Shown here one piece after another: positions 53,532-63,292 of a stretch of 64,000 nucleotides of DNA; the first letter of the stretch is position 1; each line of letters begins with the position of its first letter. Source of the DNA: an uncultured delta proteobacterium (lineage in GTDB: Bacteria; Desulfobacterota; BSN033; UBA1163). A program made the translations under genes and the position numbers. The notes beneath the pieces are model-generated. The model made no database searches, was not told the origin of the DNA, and saw only the letters and a list, made by a program, of their open reading frames with translations. The DNA lies in contig CAVPSJ010000013.1 in NCBI GenBank assembly GCA_963708295.1, forward strand, positions 224,001 to 288,000, read 5' to 3'.

Positions 53532-54152
53532 TTAAGTCTTGTTTCGTTTTCTACTCGGCATATCCCTCTTGTAAGGTTTTGCCAGAATTTCGAGAACCCG
53601 AAAGTCGAAGAAATTGTTGGAGTGGGAAGGCCAAACCACAATAGCACAATCCACCCCGCCGCCCTTTCTTGAGTGGGTTCCTCCTACTGCAATGGTCTTC
53701 TGGATAGGGATGGCCCCACTGTCGGCAGCCATAATTGCACATTCGATCGCTACCTTCATCCCAACGCCCAGAAGGGATCTGAGCATCTCTGCCACAACCT
53801 CGGTGTGAGAAGCTCCTGAGAATTTATTACTGATGGAACGTTCCAGGCCGGAAAGGATATGGCTCTGCTTCACTACTTTGCAGCCCATAGATTCTAACTC
53901 GCCAAGAATGTCGAGGTTGAAATCCCAAACGCCAGGAGTAGAGAATCCGGGATGAGAACTCACAACCACTAAATTCGTATCACGAGCCATCCTTTTTGCG
54001 AACTTAAGGCCAGTCTCCCCACTTGAACTTGCTACGACAACACTTTTGATGTCCCCCTCTTGCAATCGCCTGTAAGCGATCTCCACCACATCCGAAGTAT
54101 TCTCATAACCTGCCTCTTTAAAATAGTATATGGGTCGTTCGATGCCTTTCAT
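53532..54152 (-). CDS. Pyruvate-kinase C-terminal-like domain protein (COG1751-like)
   Basis: YF...G.ENT, VVASSSGETG, GMKVAIECAIMAADSG.I, IAVGGT, EILAKP. Confidence 0.85.
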   Translation of the reverse strand: MKGIERPIYYFKEAGYENTSDVVEIAYRRLQEGDIKSVVVASSSGETGLKFAKRMARDTNLVVVSSHPGFSTPGVWDFNLDILGELESMGCKVVKQSHILSGLERSISNKFSGASHTEVVAEMLRSLLGVGMKVAIECAIMAADSGAIPIQKTIAVGGTHSRKGGGVDCAIVVWPSHSNNFFDFRVLEILAKPYKRDMPSRKRNKT

Positions 54153-54530
54153 GCGTACCTCCTTCAGGAAAAATTTTAATACTTCGACGGTGCCGAAAGA
54201 CGCTGCTCGATATCAACCCAGGGCCAAATCCCCGGCTTCAGACTGGGGAAAGTCGAGAGGTTGACTCTTACGGAATCTGATCAGAGTAGCTGCCTCCGGA
54301 GATTTCGGAGGGATGCCAGTGCGAGGTTCCTCGCCCCTGCCCATTTCTCTCGGAAGGCCCGGCCCCGTTTCGATGTAAAAACAGGGGATGTGCTATGTCT
54401 AAGAAGATTAATCAAGCCTTATAAGTAGCATAAATTGTCAATTCCTGCCAATTTGGGTCAATTGGCCACCGCGTCAACCAATGCCATGTGGGGAAATACC
54501 TTTGAAATTGGTATGTTATAAAATTATGAG

Positions 54531-54547
54531 ATGGCATGGAAAATGCT
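54531..54547 (+). promoter_or_regulatory. Possible sigma-54 promoter upstream of mltD
   Basis: ATGGCATGGAAAATGCT (GG-N10-GC), weaker -12 box. Confidence 0.45.
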
Positions 54548-54648
54548 TATTACCCGTTGCCCTGGCAGCAAGAGTCAAAGCTCTGATTTATTCCTACAGG
54601 GTGGGAACGTTCATTGAAGATTGTTAAAAGCTCATAAGGGGGTTTCTT

Positions 54649-55947
54649 TTGATTCGATGGGTCTATCTCATAGCCATTGTCTTCCTGTTCTTTTCCACAT
54701 CTCTTTCCCATGTTGCCGCCCAGGAAGAGGAGCTTTTCAGTGGGCAACAATCGAAGGGTTTCAATCTTCAAGAAATGTCGGTTCCTTCGACAGAAGGGTC
54801 ATCCCCTTTCGTCTTCCCCGGTGGGGCAGAATCGCGCGTTGCAGCCTTAGAGCCTCCCGTATCCGGCGAATTCATTTATGATTTCAACCTGGAACTCCTT
54901 CTCGGGGATTTGCCTAAGAAGGAACCCCATTTTGACATTCCCATCGTCATCAATGACAATGTGGAACACTGCATACAACTTTTTCAGACGACGATCAGAG
55001 ACAAGTTCATCACCTGGCTCGCCCGGTCCGGGAAATATACCCCTTTTATGAGGAATCTCTTGAAGGAACAGGGCCTTCCTGAGGACCTGGTCTATATGGC
55101 GCTCATTGAGAGCGGGTTCGACCCGTATGCTTACTCCAGGAGCAAGGCCGTAGGTCCGTGGCAATTCATCTACCTTACGGGGAAAAGGTACGGCTTAAAG
55201 GTGAATTGGTGGGTTGACGAACGAAGAGACCCGGAGAAGTCCACCATTGCCGCGGCTAAATACTTGAAGGACCTCCATGAGATGTTCGCCTGTTGGTATC
55301 TTGCCGCCGCAGGCTATAACGCAGGGGAATACAAGATCATCAGGGCGATGAAACGCTTCCGGACCGAGGACTTCTGGGCGCTGACGAAACATCGGTACCT
55401 GAAACGGGAGACAAAAAACTATGTTCCACTGATGATTGCGGCCGCGCTCGTGGCCAAAGACCCTGAGAAGTATGGATTCACCGACATCGAATACCAGGAA
55501 CCTCTCCGGTATGAAAAGGTAAAGGTCCCTGAGTTGACAGATCTTTCTCACATTGCCAAAGCTTGCGAAATCTCCCTTGAAGAAATCAAAGATCTGAACC
55601 CCGAACTTCAAAGAGGGGTAACGCCTCCCCATGAGGCCGAGTATGAAATCAAGATCCCCTTTGCCAAGAAGGACCTCTTCAAGGACAACTTCGAAGCCCT
55701 GCAGCCTCTTGAGAAGTTTCAATTCAAGACCCATGTCGTAAAGAAAGGAGAGACCCTAAGGGGAATTGCCGGATTATACCGCGTGGATCTTGAACCTTTG
55801 CTGGAGATCAATGGCCTGAACAAGAAGAGTCCGCTTTCCAAAGGGATGGACCTTCTCATCCCTATCTCAAAGGACGAGGAAATCAAGCCTCTCGCGGTGG
55901 TCCAGAAACGGCTCGGGAAGGCTCGAAACGGTAAACCACAGAAATGA
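54649..55947 (+). CDS. mltD: Lytic murein transglycosylase with LysM domains (MltD-like)
   Basis: LPEDL.Y.ALIES, A.GPWQF, VDERRDPEKST.AA, AGYNAGE, ETKNYVP, HVVKKGETL..IA. Confidence 0.9.
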   Translation: MIRWVYLIAIVFLFFSTSLSHVAAQEEELFSGQQSKGFNLQEMSVPSTEGSSPFVFPGGAESRVAALEPPVSGEFIYDFNLELLLGDLPKKEPHFDIPIVINDNVEHCIQLFQTTIRDKFITWLARSGKYTPFMRNLLKEQGLPEDLVYMALIESGFDPYAYSRSKAVGPWQFIYLTGKRYGLKVNWWVDERRDPEKSTIAAAKYLKDLHEMFACWYLAAAGYNAGEYKIIRAMKRFRTEDFWALTKHRYLKRETKNYVPLMIAAALVAKDPEKYGFTDIEYQEPLRYEKVKVPELTDLSHIAKACEISLEEIKDLNPELQRGVTPPHEAEYEIKIPFAKKDLFKDNFEALQPLEKFQFKTHVVKKGETLRGIAGLYRVDLEPLLEINGLNKKSPLSKGMDLLIPISKDEEIKPLAVVQKRLGKARNGKPQK

Positions 55948-56118
55948 TGTAATCACATCCTCAATTCCTACAACCCCCAGCCCAGCATGTGCTGACCTCT
56001 TTTTCAACACCAATAGATGAATCCATCCTTTCCAACTTCAGCCCTTGACATGGATGGCCTGGAGACGAAACATGGCAAGTCGAGACACAACAAGAGATTG
56101 TCGTGTTTAGCCCCGGTG

Positions 56119-57009
56119 TTACCCACGGATTCTGTACACATTGGGAGGATCGCGATGAACTAGGCGTAGGTACTTGAAGTTCGGATAGCCGAGGGTCATC
56201 GCAGAGTAGCATTTGTGATCGGGAGGAATGTCCAACCATCGCTTGATCTTAGAGGCATGGTTTACCGCGTTCGACAAGAAACCGTTGAAGCAGCATCCAA
56301 GTCCCAGAGTGTGAGCCATCAGAGAACAATGATAGAGGGCTACCGAGCAGTTGAACGAAGAGCAAGGGTCCCAGGATTCGGCATGGGCGAGGATGACGAC
56401 CGGTGCATGATAGAAAAGGCGGTCTTTCCCCTGCTTCATCAGTTCATTTGCATACTCAACCTTGGGGAGGGAGTCCTGCAGGGATTTTGCAGTTTTCCTG
56501 CCGGCGATTAATGAGAAAAAGAGCATACCCAGCCGCCCCCGAGCACGCGAAAAGATTTTACTGTAAAAGCGTATCGTCATCTTACGTAGCTCTTCAATCC
56601 GGTCTGGCGATGTCAGTACCACGTAGTGGACATTCTGGCTGTTGGTCCCCGTGGGCGCATAGCTTCCCGTATCGAGGATTTTCTTCAAAGCCTCTTCGGG
56701 AACGGAGTTAGAGGAGTAGTTTCGAACCGACCTTCTCTCCCGTAGGAGGAGTTCCAATAATTCAGGAGAGATGGCAGGCGCTTCCCCTTTTTTGGGGTGC
56801 ATATCGAGACAGATTCCCTCATGAAGGATGGCGCCCGTCGGGCACACCGCTCCGCAGTGTCCACAACCGATACACCAGTCTTTCCTGGCCACCTCGGATT
56901 TTCCCATGGTCATATCAAGGACAAAGCTCGGACAGACTGCGACGCATCGCTCGCATCCAATGCAATCTTTCGTGACCACTACCGGCGGGTTCATCTTATG
57001 TTTTTCCAT
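56119..57009 (-). CDS. Nitroreductase with N-terminal 2x[4Fe-4S] ferredoxin domain
   Basis: CIGCERCVAVCP, CIGCGHCGAVCP, RRSVR, APTGTNSQ, GLGCC, LGYP. Confidence 0.92.
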   Translation of the reverse strand: MEKHKMNPPVVVTKDCIGCERCVAVCPSFVLDMTMGKSEVARKDWCIGCGHCGAVCPTGAILHEGICLDMHPKKGEAPAISPELLELLLRERRSVRNYSSNSVPEEALKKILDTGSYAPTGTNSQNVHYVVLTSPDRIEELRKMTIRFYSKIFSRARGRLGMLFFSLIAGRKTAKSLQDSLPKVEYANELMKQGKDRLFYHAPVVILAHAESWDPCSSFNCSVALYHCSLMAHTLGLGCCFNGFLSNAVNHASKIKRWLDIPPDHKCYSAMTLGYPNFKYLRLVHRDPPNVYRIRG

Positions 57010-57345
57010 TCAAGGACTCCCTTTTCCCAAACGTCGCTCATGAGCAGGATGCGTGGCAAGTCGAAATCCTTTAATCATGCAACGTTTGTCCATTTTGGTC
57101 AAATGAACGACCTTCGCCGTAGAAAAAGGGAGAAGGCTCTCAGAGCTGGCTGTTGAAAGGGCGAAGGGTAAGATTTCCGACGATCTTTGCTTGACAATCT
57201 TTGCTCGATATATCACGCTTGTACGAATCAGTGGATATCGGTATTGTCAATTTATGACCCCCTTCAGGACCGTCTCAAGAATCGCGATAGCAGAGGAAAA
57301 TATGGCAGCGATCAGGGAGGATTTCCTTTTTTGGCTTCAGGCAAC

Positions 57346-58788
57346 GTGAACCATCCCACCTTACTCCTCATCGCCGCTGGAACGGGCTCAAAAGCACGCA
57401 ACAAGGCTTTTGGCATCCGCTTGCCATTGCTCGGGTATCCCGCCATCAGCCTTGCGGCGATGGCGTCTCTGACTCCGGACCGATTCAACATACGCCTCGT
57501 GGATGAGGTGAATGAACCCGTTCCATATGGGCAGAACTGTGGGTTGGCCCTGATCGTCGGATTGACCCATCACATGCCGAATGTTTATCGTATCGCCGAC
57601 CGGCTCCGGTCTGAAGGGACGAAAGTGATACTGGGAGGATTCCATGTAACGGCTCGGCCCGACGAATCTCTGGAGCACGCTGATTCTGTAATCCTTGGAG
57701 AGGCCGAGGCCGTATGGGAAGAGATTCTTGATGATTTTACGGGTGGAAACCTGAAGAAGAAATACATTGGCCGGGAGACAGACCTCGCCCGGCTTCCAAG
57801 CATCAGGCGTGACCTTTTTAACAAAAAATTCTACTATCCCGGAGAAGTCATTGAGACCACCCGGGGCTGTGCAGTCGGATGCAAGTTTTGCGGGGTTCAG
57901 AACTTTTTTGGCAGAAAGTACAGAGGGCGGCCGCCTGAAGCGATCCGAGAGGAACTGATGGCCCTTTTTGGTCCGAGGCCTCCACAGGCACGATGGAAGA
58001 CCTGGCTGGCTCAACACTGGCATCCTGACATTCCTTATTTTATCGAAAGGCGCCTCCTCTATGTGATGGATTCCAATTTCGTTTCGGACCCTGGTCATGC
58101 AAGGGCCGTGTTGCAGGTCTTCAAAGACTGCGATATCAGGTGGTATGGCCATGCGAGCTTCAACCTCATGCGAGACGAGTCGATGCTAGACCTGCTGGCC
58201 GAGTCTGGCTGTATGGGCGTGAATATCGGTTTTGAGTCGCTCTCGCAAGCCGTTATCGATTCTATGCACAAATTCCCGAACCGAACAGCCGAGTATGCCG
58301 ATTGCATTCGTCGCCTTCATGAGCGTGAGATTGGCGTCATGGGCACGTTTATCGTCGGCTTTGATGATGACTCGGTAGCGGTTTTCAACCAGGTCGCAGA
58401 GTTTGCTATTGAAAATCGCCTGGAGACCGCCTTTACGCTTATCCTTACGCCACTCCCCGATACCGCGCTCCACGCGCAGTTGGACTCCGAGGGTCGGATT
58501 TTTAGCCGCAACTGGGGCGATTACGACCACGGCTCGGTGACTTTTTTCCCCAAGAATATGACTCCGGGGCAACTCCACTGGGGGATGAGATCAACGTGGA
58601 GAAGGATCTATTCGTGGAGGAACATCTGGCGCAGGATTTTGACAAAGCCTCGTGTCCGACCTTTCTTCTTTCTGCCGGTCAACATCGGATTTCGCCGCTG
58701 CACTCGCCTGATCTGTTCCGGAAAACTCTGGCCGCCCCCCAACCCGGGCCCGCGCGAATCATCTCGCGAAAATGCCCCAATTCCTTGA
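57346..58788 (+). CDS. B12-binding-domain radical SAM protein
   Basis: ILGGFHVT..P, GEAE..W, TRGCAVGCKFC, IGFES, FIVGFDDD, LTPLPDT; start taken as GTG 57346. Confidence 0.9.
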   Translation: MNHPTLLLIAAGTGSKARNKAFGIRLPLLGYPAISLAAMASLTPDRFNIRLVDEVNEPVPYGQNCGLALIVGLTHHMPNVYRIADRLRSEGTKVILGGFHVTARPDESLEHADSVILGEAEAVWEEILDDFTGGNLKKKYIGRETDLARLPSIRRDLFNKKFYYPGEVIETTRGCAVGCKFCGVQNFFGRKYRGRPPEAIREELMALFGPRPPQARWKTWLAQHWHPDIPYFIERRLLYVMDSNFVSDPGHARAVLQVFKDCDIRWYGHASFNLMRDESMLDLLAESGCMGVNIGFESLSQAVIDSMHKFPNRTAEYADCIRRLHEREIGVMGTFIVGFDDDSVAVFNQVAEFAIENRLETAFTLILTPLPDTALHAQLDSEGRIFSRNWGDYDHGSVTFFPKNMTPGQLHWGMRSTWRRIYSWRNIWRRILTKPRVRPFFFLPVNIGFRRCTRLICSGKLWPPPNPGPRESSRENAPIP

Positions 58789-58940
58789 ACCCTTAATCTG
58801 CACATTCCTGATATTCATCGTTGACTTCCTCAGCCGTCATGACGATAAAAATGAGTCTCGGGTAAATGGCAGGAGGTCCAAGACTGCTCGTCAATAGGAT
58901 GAATGTTCGAGGCCTCGGGCTGGATGTTGGTGACTGGCGT

Positions 58941-60248
58941 CTATTGAAGACCTCCCGTTGATTCTTCTTTAATCTCCGAAATCGTGGGGGCTGAAGGCTC
59001 GGAAAGATCCCGAACCCTTCCATGCTCGTCACTCACGATCGGACATAGTGGATACCCGTCATTCGTCTCAACGATCATTCCAGAACTTCCGTCCGAAAGG
59101 ACAACTCGCCGCCCTGGAGCCAGTACATTCAGCAATGATAGAAACTTAGAGACATACTCTCTGTGAAGCTTTCCAGCCATTGTGTCCTTGATTAAAATCG
59201 TTGCAGTTTTGGCAACGCTCAAAGCCGGCCGATAGGGGCGAACGGTTCGAAGGGCATCGTAGACGTCGGCAATGGCTACAAGAAGGCTCGCAAAATGGAG
59301 CGTGTGTTGCGGTAGGTTCCTCTTGACTTTCGGATATCCAGATTGGTTGGCCCCCATATGATGCTGGTAGGCCACTATCGGAAGGAGAGGGTTTGCCGAT
59401 TCCACGCCCGGGATATCGAGGAGGAGCCGCGCACCGCAGGAGGGGTGCCTCTGCATGAGGAGCCACTGTTCCGGTGTGAGGGAGCCATTCTGGTTCAGGA
59501 CCTCTTTGGGAACCTCTTTCTTCCCGAGATCGTGGCACAATGCGGCCATGGCGATCGCGCTGACCATCTCGTCTGAAACCTGGAGCGCCTGCGCCAGGGC
59601 CGACGAAAGAACGCAAACATTGAGAGCGTGAGTAAAAGTGTAGTCATCGAAATTCTTCATCTCACGGATGGGCTCAAAAAGGTCCCTGCCAACGGCCAGA
59701 CGGGCCACAATCGAGCACACGACCTCGCGGGCCCGAACGAGACCCTCAGGTTTTTTGGATTCGAGATCGGAAAGGACCTCCTGAGCTTCGGCAAGAAATC
59801 CCATATATCCTGTAACTGCTTGTGTTAGGACCGAATCAGGGGCCACCGATCCCCCCAGTTTAAGGGAGCCTGCGATAATTTTGGAGCCTCGGTAGGGGGG
59901 GCGGCCCCTGGAAACAACATTTTCGATCCAGGCCGTCAGATCCTCCTCACCCGCATCGGCCTCGATCTGGACACTCTCGAACCCGAGCTGCTGGAGTGAT
60001 TGGAAAAGGGCTCGAAAGGACACAGGAAGATTTTCTATCCGCCGGTCCTCGACAATCGTATCGCTCCCAAGGAAGGTGATCCTAACAGGTTGTCCCCATT
60101 CGATAAGCTTCTGCGAAGCTTGCCGGGCCGACTGGAGAACCTGCTTGGTTCCTGGGGCATAGATTCGTCGCATCCGAAAGAGAGCCCCGAGGGCATGGAG
60201 AAAATAATCAAGTGCCTTCTGCGCCACAGCTTTTTTCCTTATTTCCAA
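58941..60248 (-). CDS. HD-GYP domain protein
   Basis: DYTFTHALNV, CHDLGK, HH.....GYP, DVYDALRTVRPYR. Confidence 0.9.
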   Translation of the reverse strand: MEIRKKAVAQKALDYFLHALGALFRMRRIYAPGTKQVLQSARQASQKLIEWGQPVRITFLGSDTIVEDRRIENLPVSFRALFQSLQQLGFESVQIEADAGEEDLTAWIENVVSRGRPPYRGSKIIAGSLKLGGSVAPDSVLTQAVTGYMGFLAEAQEVLSDLESKKPEGLVRAREVVCSIVARLAVGRDLFEPIREMKNFDDYTFTHALNVCVLSSALAQALQVSDEMVSAIAMAALCHDLGKKEVPKEVLNQNGSLTPEQWLLMQRHPSCGARLLLDIPGVESANPLLPIVAYQHHMGANQSGYPKVKRNLPQHTLHFASLLVAIADVYDALRTVRPYRPALSVAKTATILIKDTMAGKLHREYVSKFLSLLNVLAPGRRVVLSDGSSGMIVETNDGYPLCPIVSDEHGRVRDLSEPSAPTISEIKEESTGGLQ

Positions 60249-62007
60249 GATCGTGGAGACTTTGCTCGATTAGCGGTCTTTTTTGCCGTTCCTTCTGTGG
60301 ATGGGAAATTGAGGTCCTCACTCTCTTTAGAGCCTTGAGGGCTTCCCGCACGACCTTTGGGTGTGGATGGTTTGAAAGGGCCTGAAGGGTCGGAAGACCC
60401 TGGGGAAACCCTTGCTGTCCGAGGACAATGGTGAGATTACGGGTCACATACCAGGGGCTGGTGCGGGACTTCGTCACAAACGTCGGCGTCGCGGCTGAAG
60501 AGAAACAGGAGAGGAGGCTGACGAGAAAACGGCGTGTGGAGATCTTTTTCTCTTCCGCGAGAGCCTTAAGCGCCGTGTCGAGGAGACACCTTTCGTGATT
60601 TACGGAAAAGGCGACCAGGGCCTGCTGTTCCGCGAACGAGGTCTTGGTGAGGGCCGAGAGGCCCTTGTAAAACAATTCCTTGATGAAAAAAGGAACCGTA
60701 TCGAGCAGGCCCGGGAATGTTCGATCCACCAGCTTGACGAATCCGAGGACATGGAACGGGCCAAGTTGGTCCGCCCGGAGCCTGATGCGGTCGAGGAGCC
60801 TTCTCTTGAAATCCTCTTCCTCCTCACCAGCCAATGCTAGGATCAACTGGTCCAGGTATTCATCAGGGTCCTCGTGCAAAATCAGCGAGTCCTCCTCGGA
60901 GCCTGTCGAGGCAGAAGGATTCATCAGGAATTCGAGCGACTCGGAGTACTCCGTGTCCATAAAAGGGTTTTCCGTCAGATTGATAATAAAGTCCTCTATC
61001 GTCTTCCAGACCTCCGCTGCAAAGCCCCCGTCTTTCCCGGGAGCAAGTCTAGACCTGACCAATGAAAGAAGGTCATCGGTTTTGGTGACCGGGGCAAAAC
61101 GGCGGTATACCTCCACAAACCTTCGCGTCCCTTGGTTACCCATCGCAGCGAGACCTGCCAATAGATCAACAAATCGCTCCCCGTCGATCTCCCTCAGAAG
61201 AGAGCTCTTTGCAGGCCCCAATCGCCCGGACTCCTGGCCTTCATGTCCCACGATACGCACGAGGTCTCTGGCAGAGAGGCACTTGCCCATTTGAGCAAGG
61301 TAACCAAGGATCTCTTCACGCCGCCTGCCGGGAAGAAGGGCCAGGGCATTCTCCAGGCGCTCTCCCAACTTGAGCAGCAATTTCGTAAATCCTTCTGAAT
61401 CACCCCGTCCCGATTCCGCCCACTCGGCCCTTGCTGCCTTCCAGAATTCATCGGAGTCAAGGGCTGCGGCAAGCTGTTCAGGGGGCGCTTCCTGAATCAT
61501 CAGAGCGAGCCAGGCGCGGCGTCGCCTTTCTTCCTGGTTATCTTCCGAGTCTTTAACCACATCCGTGATCTCACTATGTATCTGGTCGAGCTTGAGGGGT
61601 TCAATGTCGATGGCGAAGACTTCGGAACGAAGCCTTTGCCGCAGGGCATCGCCTTCCAGCTTGGGAATAGAGATCACCTTGGCAAAAGTGTAAACATCAT
61701 CGAGAGTCACATCTTTTGTCCAGAGGAGTCGGAGCACTTTTCGCGCGTGAAGCATCGACGCGAGACTGCTCACCTTTCCGGCAACGAATTCTCCCGATAC
61801 AACCAGTTCCCTGGAGGTGATTCCGATTGTAAGAGACCCCTGGGGACCGAGGGGGGCAGAGTTAAGGACGTTCTTAGCGACTTCCAGAAGGGTTGGATGT
61901 TTGGCGGGGTAAACGCGAACGCTATGGATGAGGTGCAACAGGTTCAAAGCGAAGACCTCAACCTTGCTGGAAAGTGAAGATCTTTCTCTACTTTTCTCTT
62001 CAATCAT
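60208..62007 (-). CDS. HEAT-repeat-containing protein
   Basis: YP.KHP N-terminus, helical body, WYVTRN...LG..G...L..L..HPHPKV.REALKAL; SD GAGGA before ATG 62007. Confidence 0.8.
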   Translation of the reverse strand: MIEEKSRERSSLSSKVEVFALNLLHLIHSVRVYPAKHPTLLEVAKNVLNSAPLGPQGSLTIGITSRELVVSGEFVAGKVSSLASMLHARKVLRLLWTKDVTLDDVYTFAKVISIPKLEGDALRQRLRSEVFAIDIEPLKLDQIHSEITDVVKDSEDNQEERRRRAWLALMIQEAPPEQLAAALDSDEFWKAARAEWAESGRGDSEGFTKLLLKLGERLENALALLPGRRREEILGYLAQMGKCLSARDLVRIVGHEGQESGRLGPAKSSLLREIDGERFVDLLAGLAAMGNQGTRRFVEVYRRFAPVTKTDDLLSLVRSRLAPGKDGGFAAEVWKTIEDFIINLTENPFMDTEYSESLEFLMNPSASTGSEEDSLILHEDPDEYLDQLILALAGEEEEDFKRRLLDRIRLRADQLGPFHVLGFVKLVDRTFPGLLDTVPFFIKELFYKGLSALTKTSFAEQQALVAFSVNHERCLLDTALKALAEEKKISTRRFLVSLLSCFSSAATPTFVTKSRTSPWYVTRNLTIVLGQQGFPQGLPTLQALSNHPHPKVVREALKALKRVRTSISHPQKERQKRPLIEQSLHDLGNKEKSCGAEGT

Positions 62008-62081
62008 AGTGTCCTCAGAAGCCACGTAGGGCGCTTGGAGAACCATGGGCGTCACGCGACTCGGTCTGCAACTTCTGGTTG

Positions 62082-62207
62082 AGCAAGTATAATGCCAGAA
62101 CGTAAAATGTCATCTAATCAATTGTTTTTATTTAATTTATTGAATTCTTAGCTGCATCTCCAGAGCCCTTGGGTGACCTTTTCTGTCACCCGGGACTTCT
62201 CAGAAGT
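62082..62207 (-). promoter_or_regulatory. Sigma-54 promoter with AT-rich tract and palindromic enhancer candidates
   Basis: Minus strand CTGGCATTATACTTGCT (62082-62098); GGGTGAC-N7-GTCACCC (62171-62191); ACTTCT-C-AGAAGT (62195-62207). Confidence 0.65.
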
Positions 62208-62650
62208 GACTTCAGACATATCGGGCTCGTTAACCACGTCAAGGACATGCTGCCAGGCGACGAGAAGGAAATTCCCAAGGGTGACTAAATAACAAAGTTC
62301 CTTGTGGGCGGAGGCCGATCTTTTTGGATGACTCAACGCTTGAGACAAGCGACCACAACGATCGTACATTGGAGACGATGGGTTGAAAAGTCTCAAGCTG
62401 AAGAATCGTTCTCACTCCTCGACACTGAAAGATGAGTACGTGTGTTGTCAAATGCAGAGCATGCAGAGCGGCTGGCCGAGAAAGGAAAGAGCGCAGGGCG
62501 GCGGATGCTGGGGAAAGAAAATAATTTAAAAACAAACCCCAAACAATAGGACAGGTCTTAGAAGATCCTGCATTTTGAATTGGAAAACAAGGATGTCCGA
62601 TTGGATAGAAGGAAGGGTCAAGGCTATCGGTTGAGGGAGGCGTCAAGTCA

Positions 62651-63019
62651 TTACGAGAGGCAACCAGAGGTTGCATCCGGATGTTCTTCTAGCTGCTTCG
62701 AAAAATCTTTTTGGGTCGAGTGAGATGGGGGATAATGAAAAGACTGTTTCTCGAAGCGGTAACCGCAGGCGGCTCCGCAACGAGCCACTTCATCGATGTC
62801 TCTCTGGTCTATTGGAAAACTCTTGCACATCTCGAGGCGGAATCTATTATAGGTACGGCAGGCCCGTTGTGCCGTCAACAGGGGGCAAGCAAAAACGAAT
62901 GAGCAACATTGGGCACATTGAAGGCATTCTCCCTTTCGTAATGCTTGCTGTCTCTTCACGTAGTGCTTTCTGAAGTAAACCAGATAAAATCGCCTGAACT
63001 TACCCATCACATGGATCAC
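62651..63019 (-). CDS. Small Cys-rich protein (CxxCxxCC / YkgJ-like metal cluster)
   Basis: GECLQCAQCC..CPLL...C..Y..R..C..FP..CGY; SD AAGGAGG. Confidence 0.75.
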   Translation of the reverse strand: MIHVMGKFRRFYLVYFRKHYVKRQQALRKGECLQCAQCCSFVFACPLLTAQRACRTYNRFRLEMCKSFPIDQRDIDEVARCGAACGYRFEKQSFHYPPSHSTQKDFSKQLEEHPDATSGCLS

Positions 63020-63292
63020 GAATGCCTCCTTAAGAACTTAGACGGGTCAGTGTTAATTTATCCGAACAGGATATCTTATAACCTATAATTGACTAGAACA
63101 CCACTCCTAAACCAGAAGTCCTTCTTTTCTGTTTTCCACGGTGGCACCCCGCCGCCATAGACACTCTGCCGCGCTCCTGGCCGCCCAAAAGGGAAGGGGG
63201 AAAGGGAGGGGCATTGTTTTTCTGACCTAAAGTGATATAATAATTTCCTCAATAGAAGACTGATGGACTGTGGAGAACTGCGAGGGGTTGAG

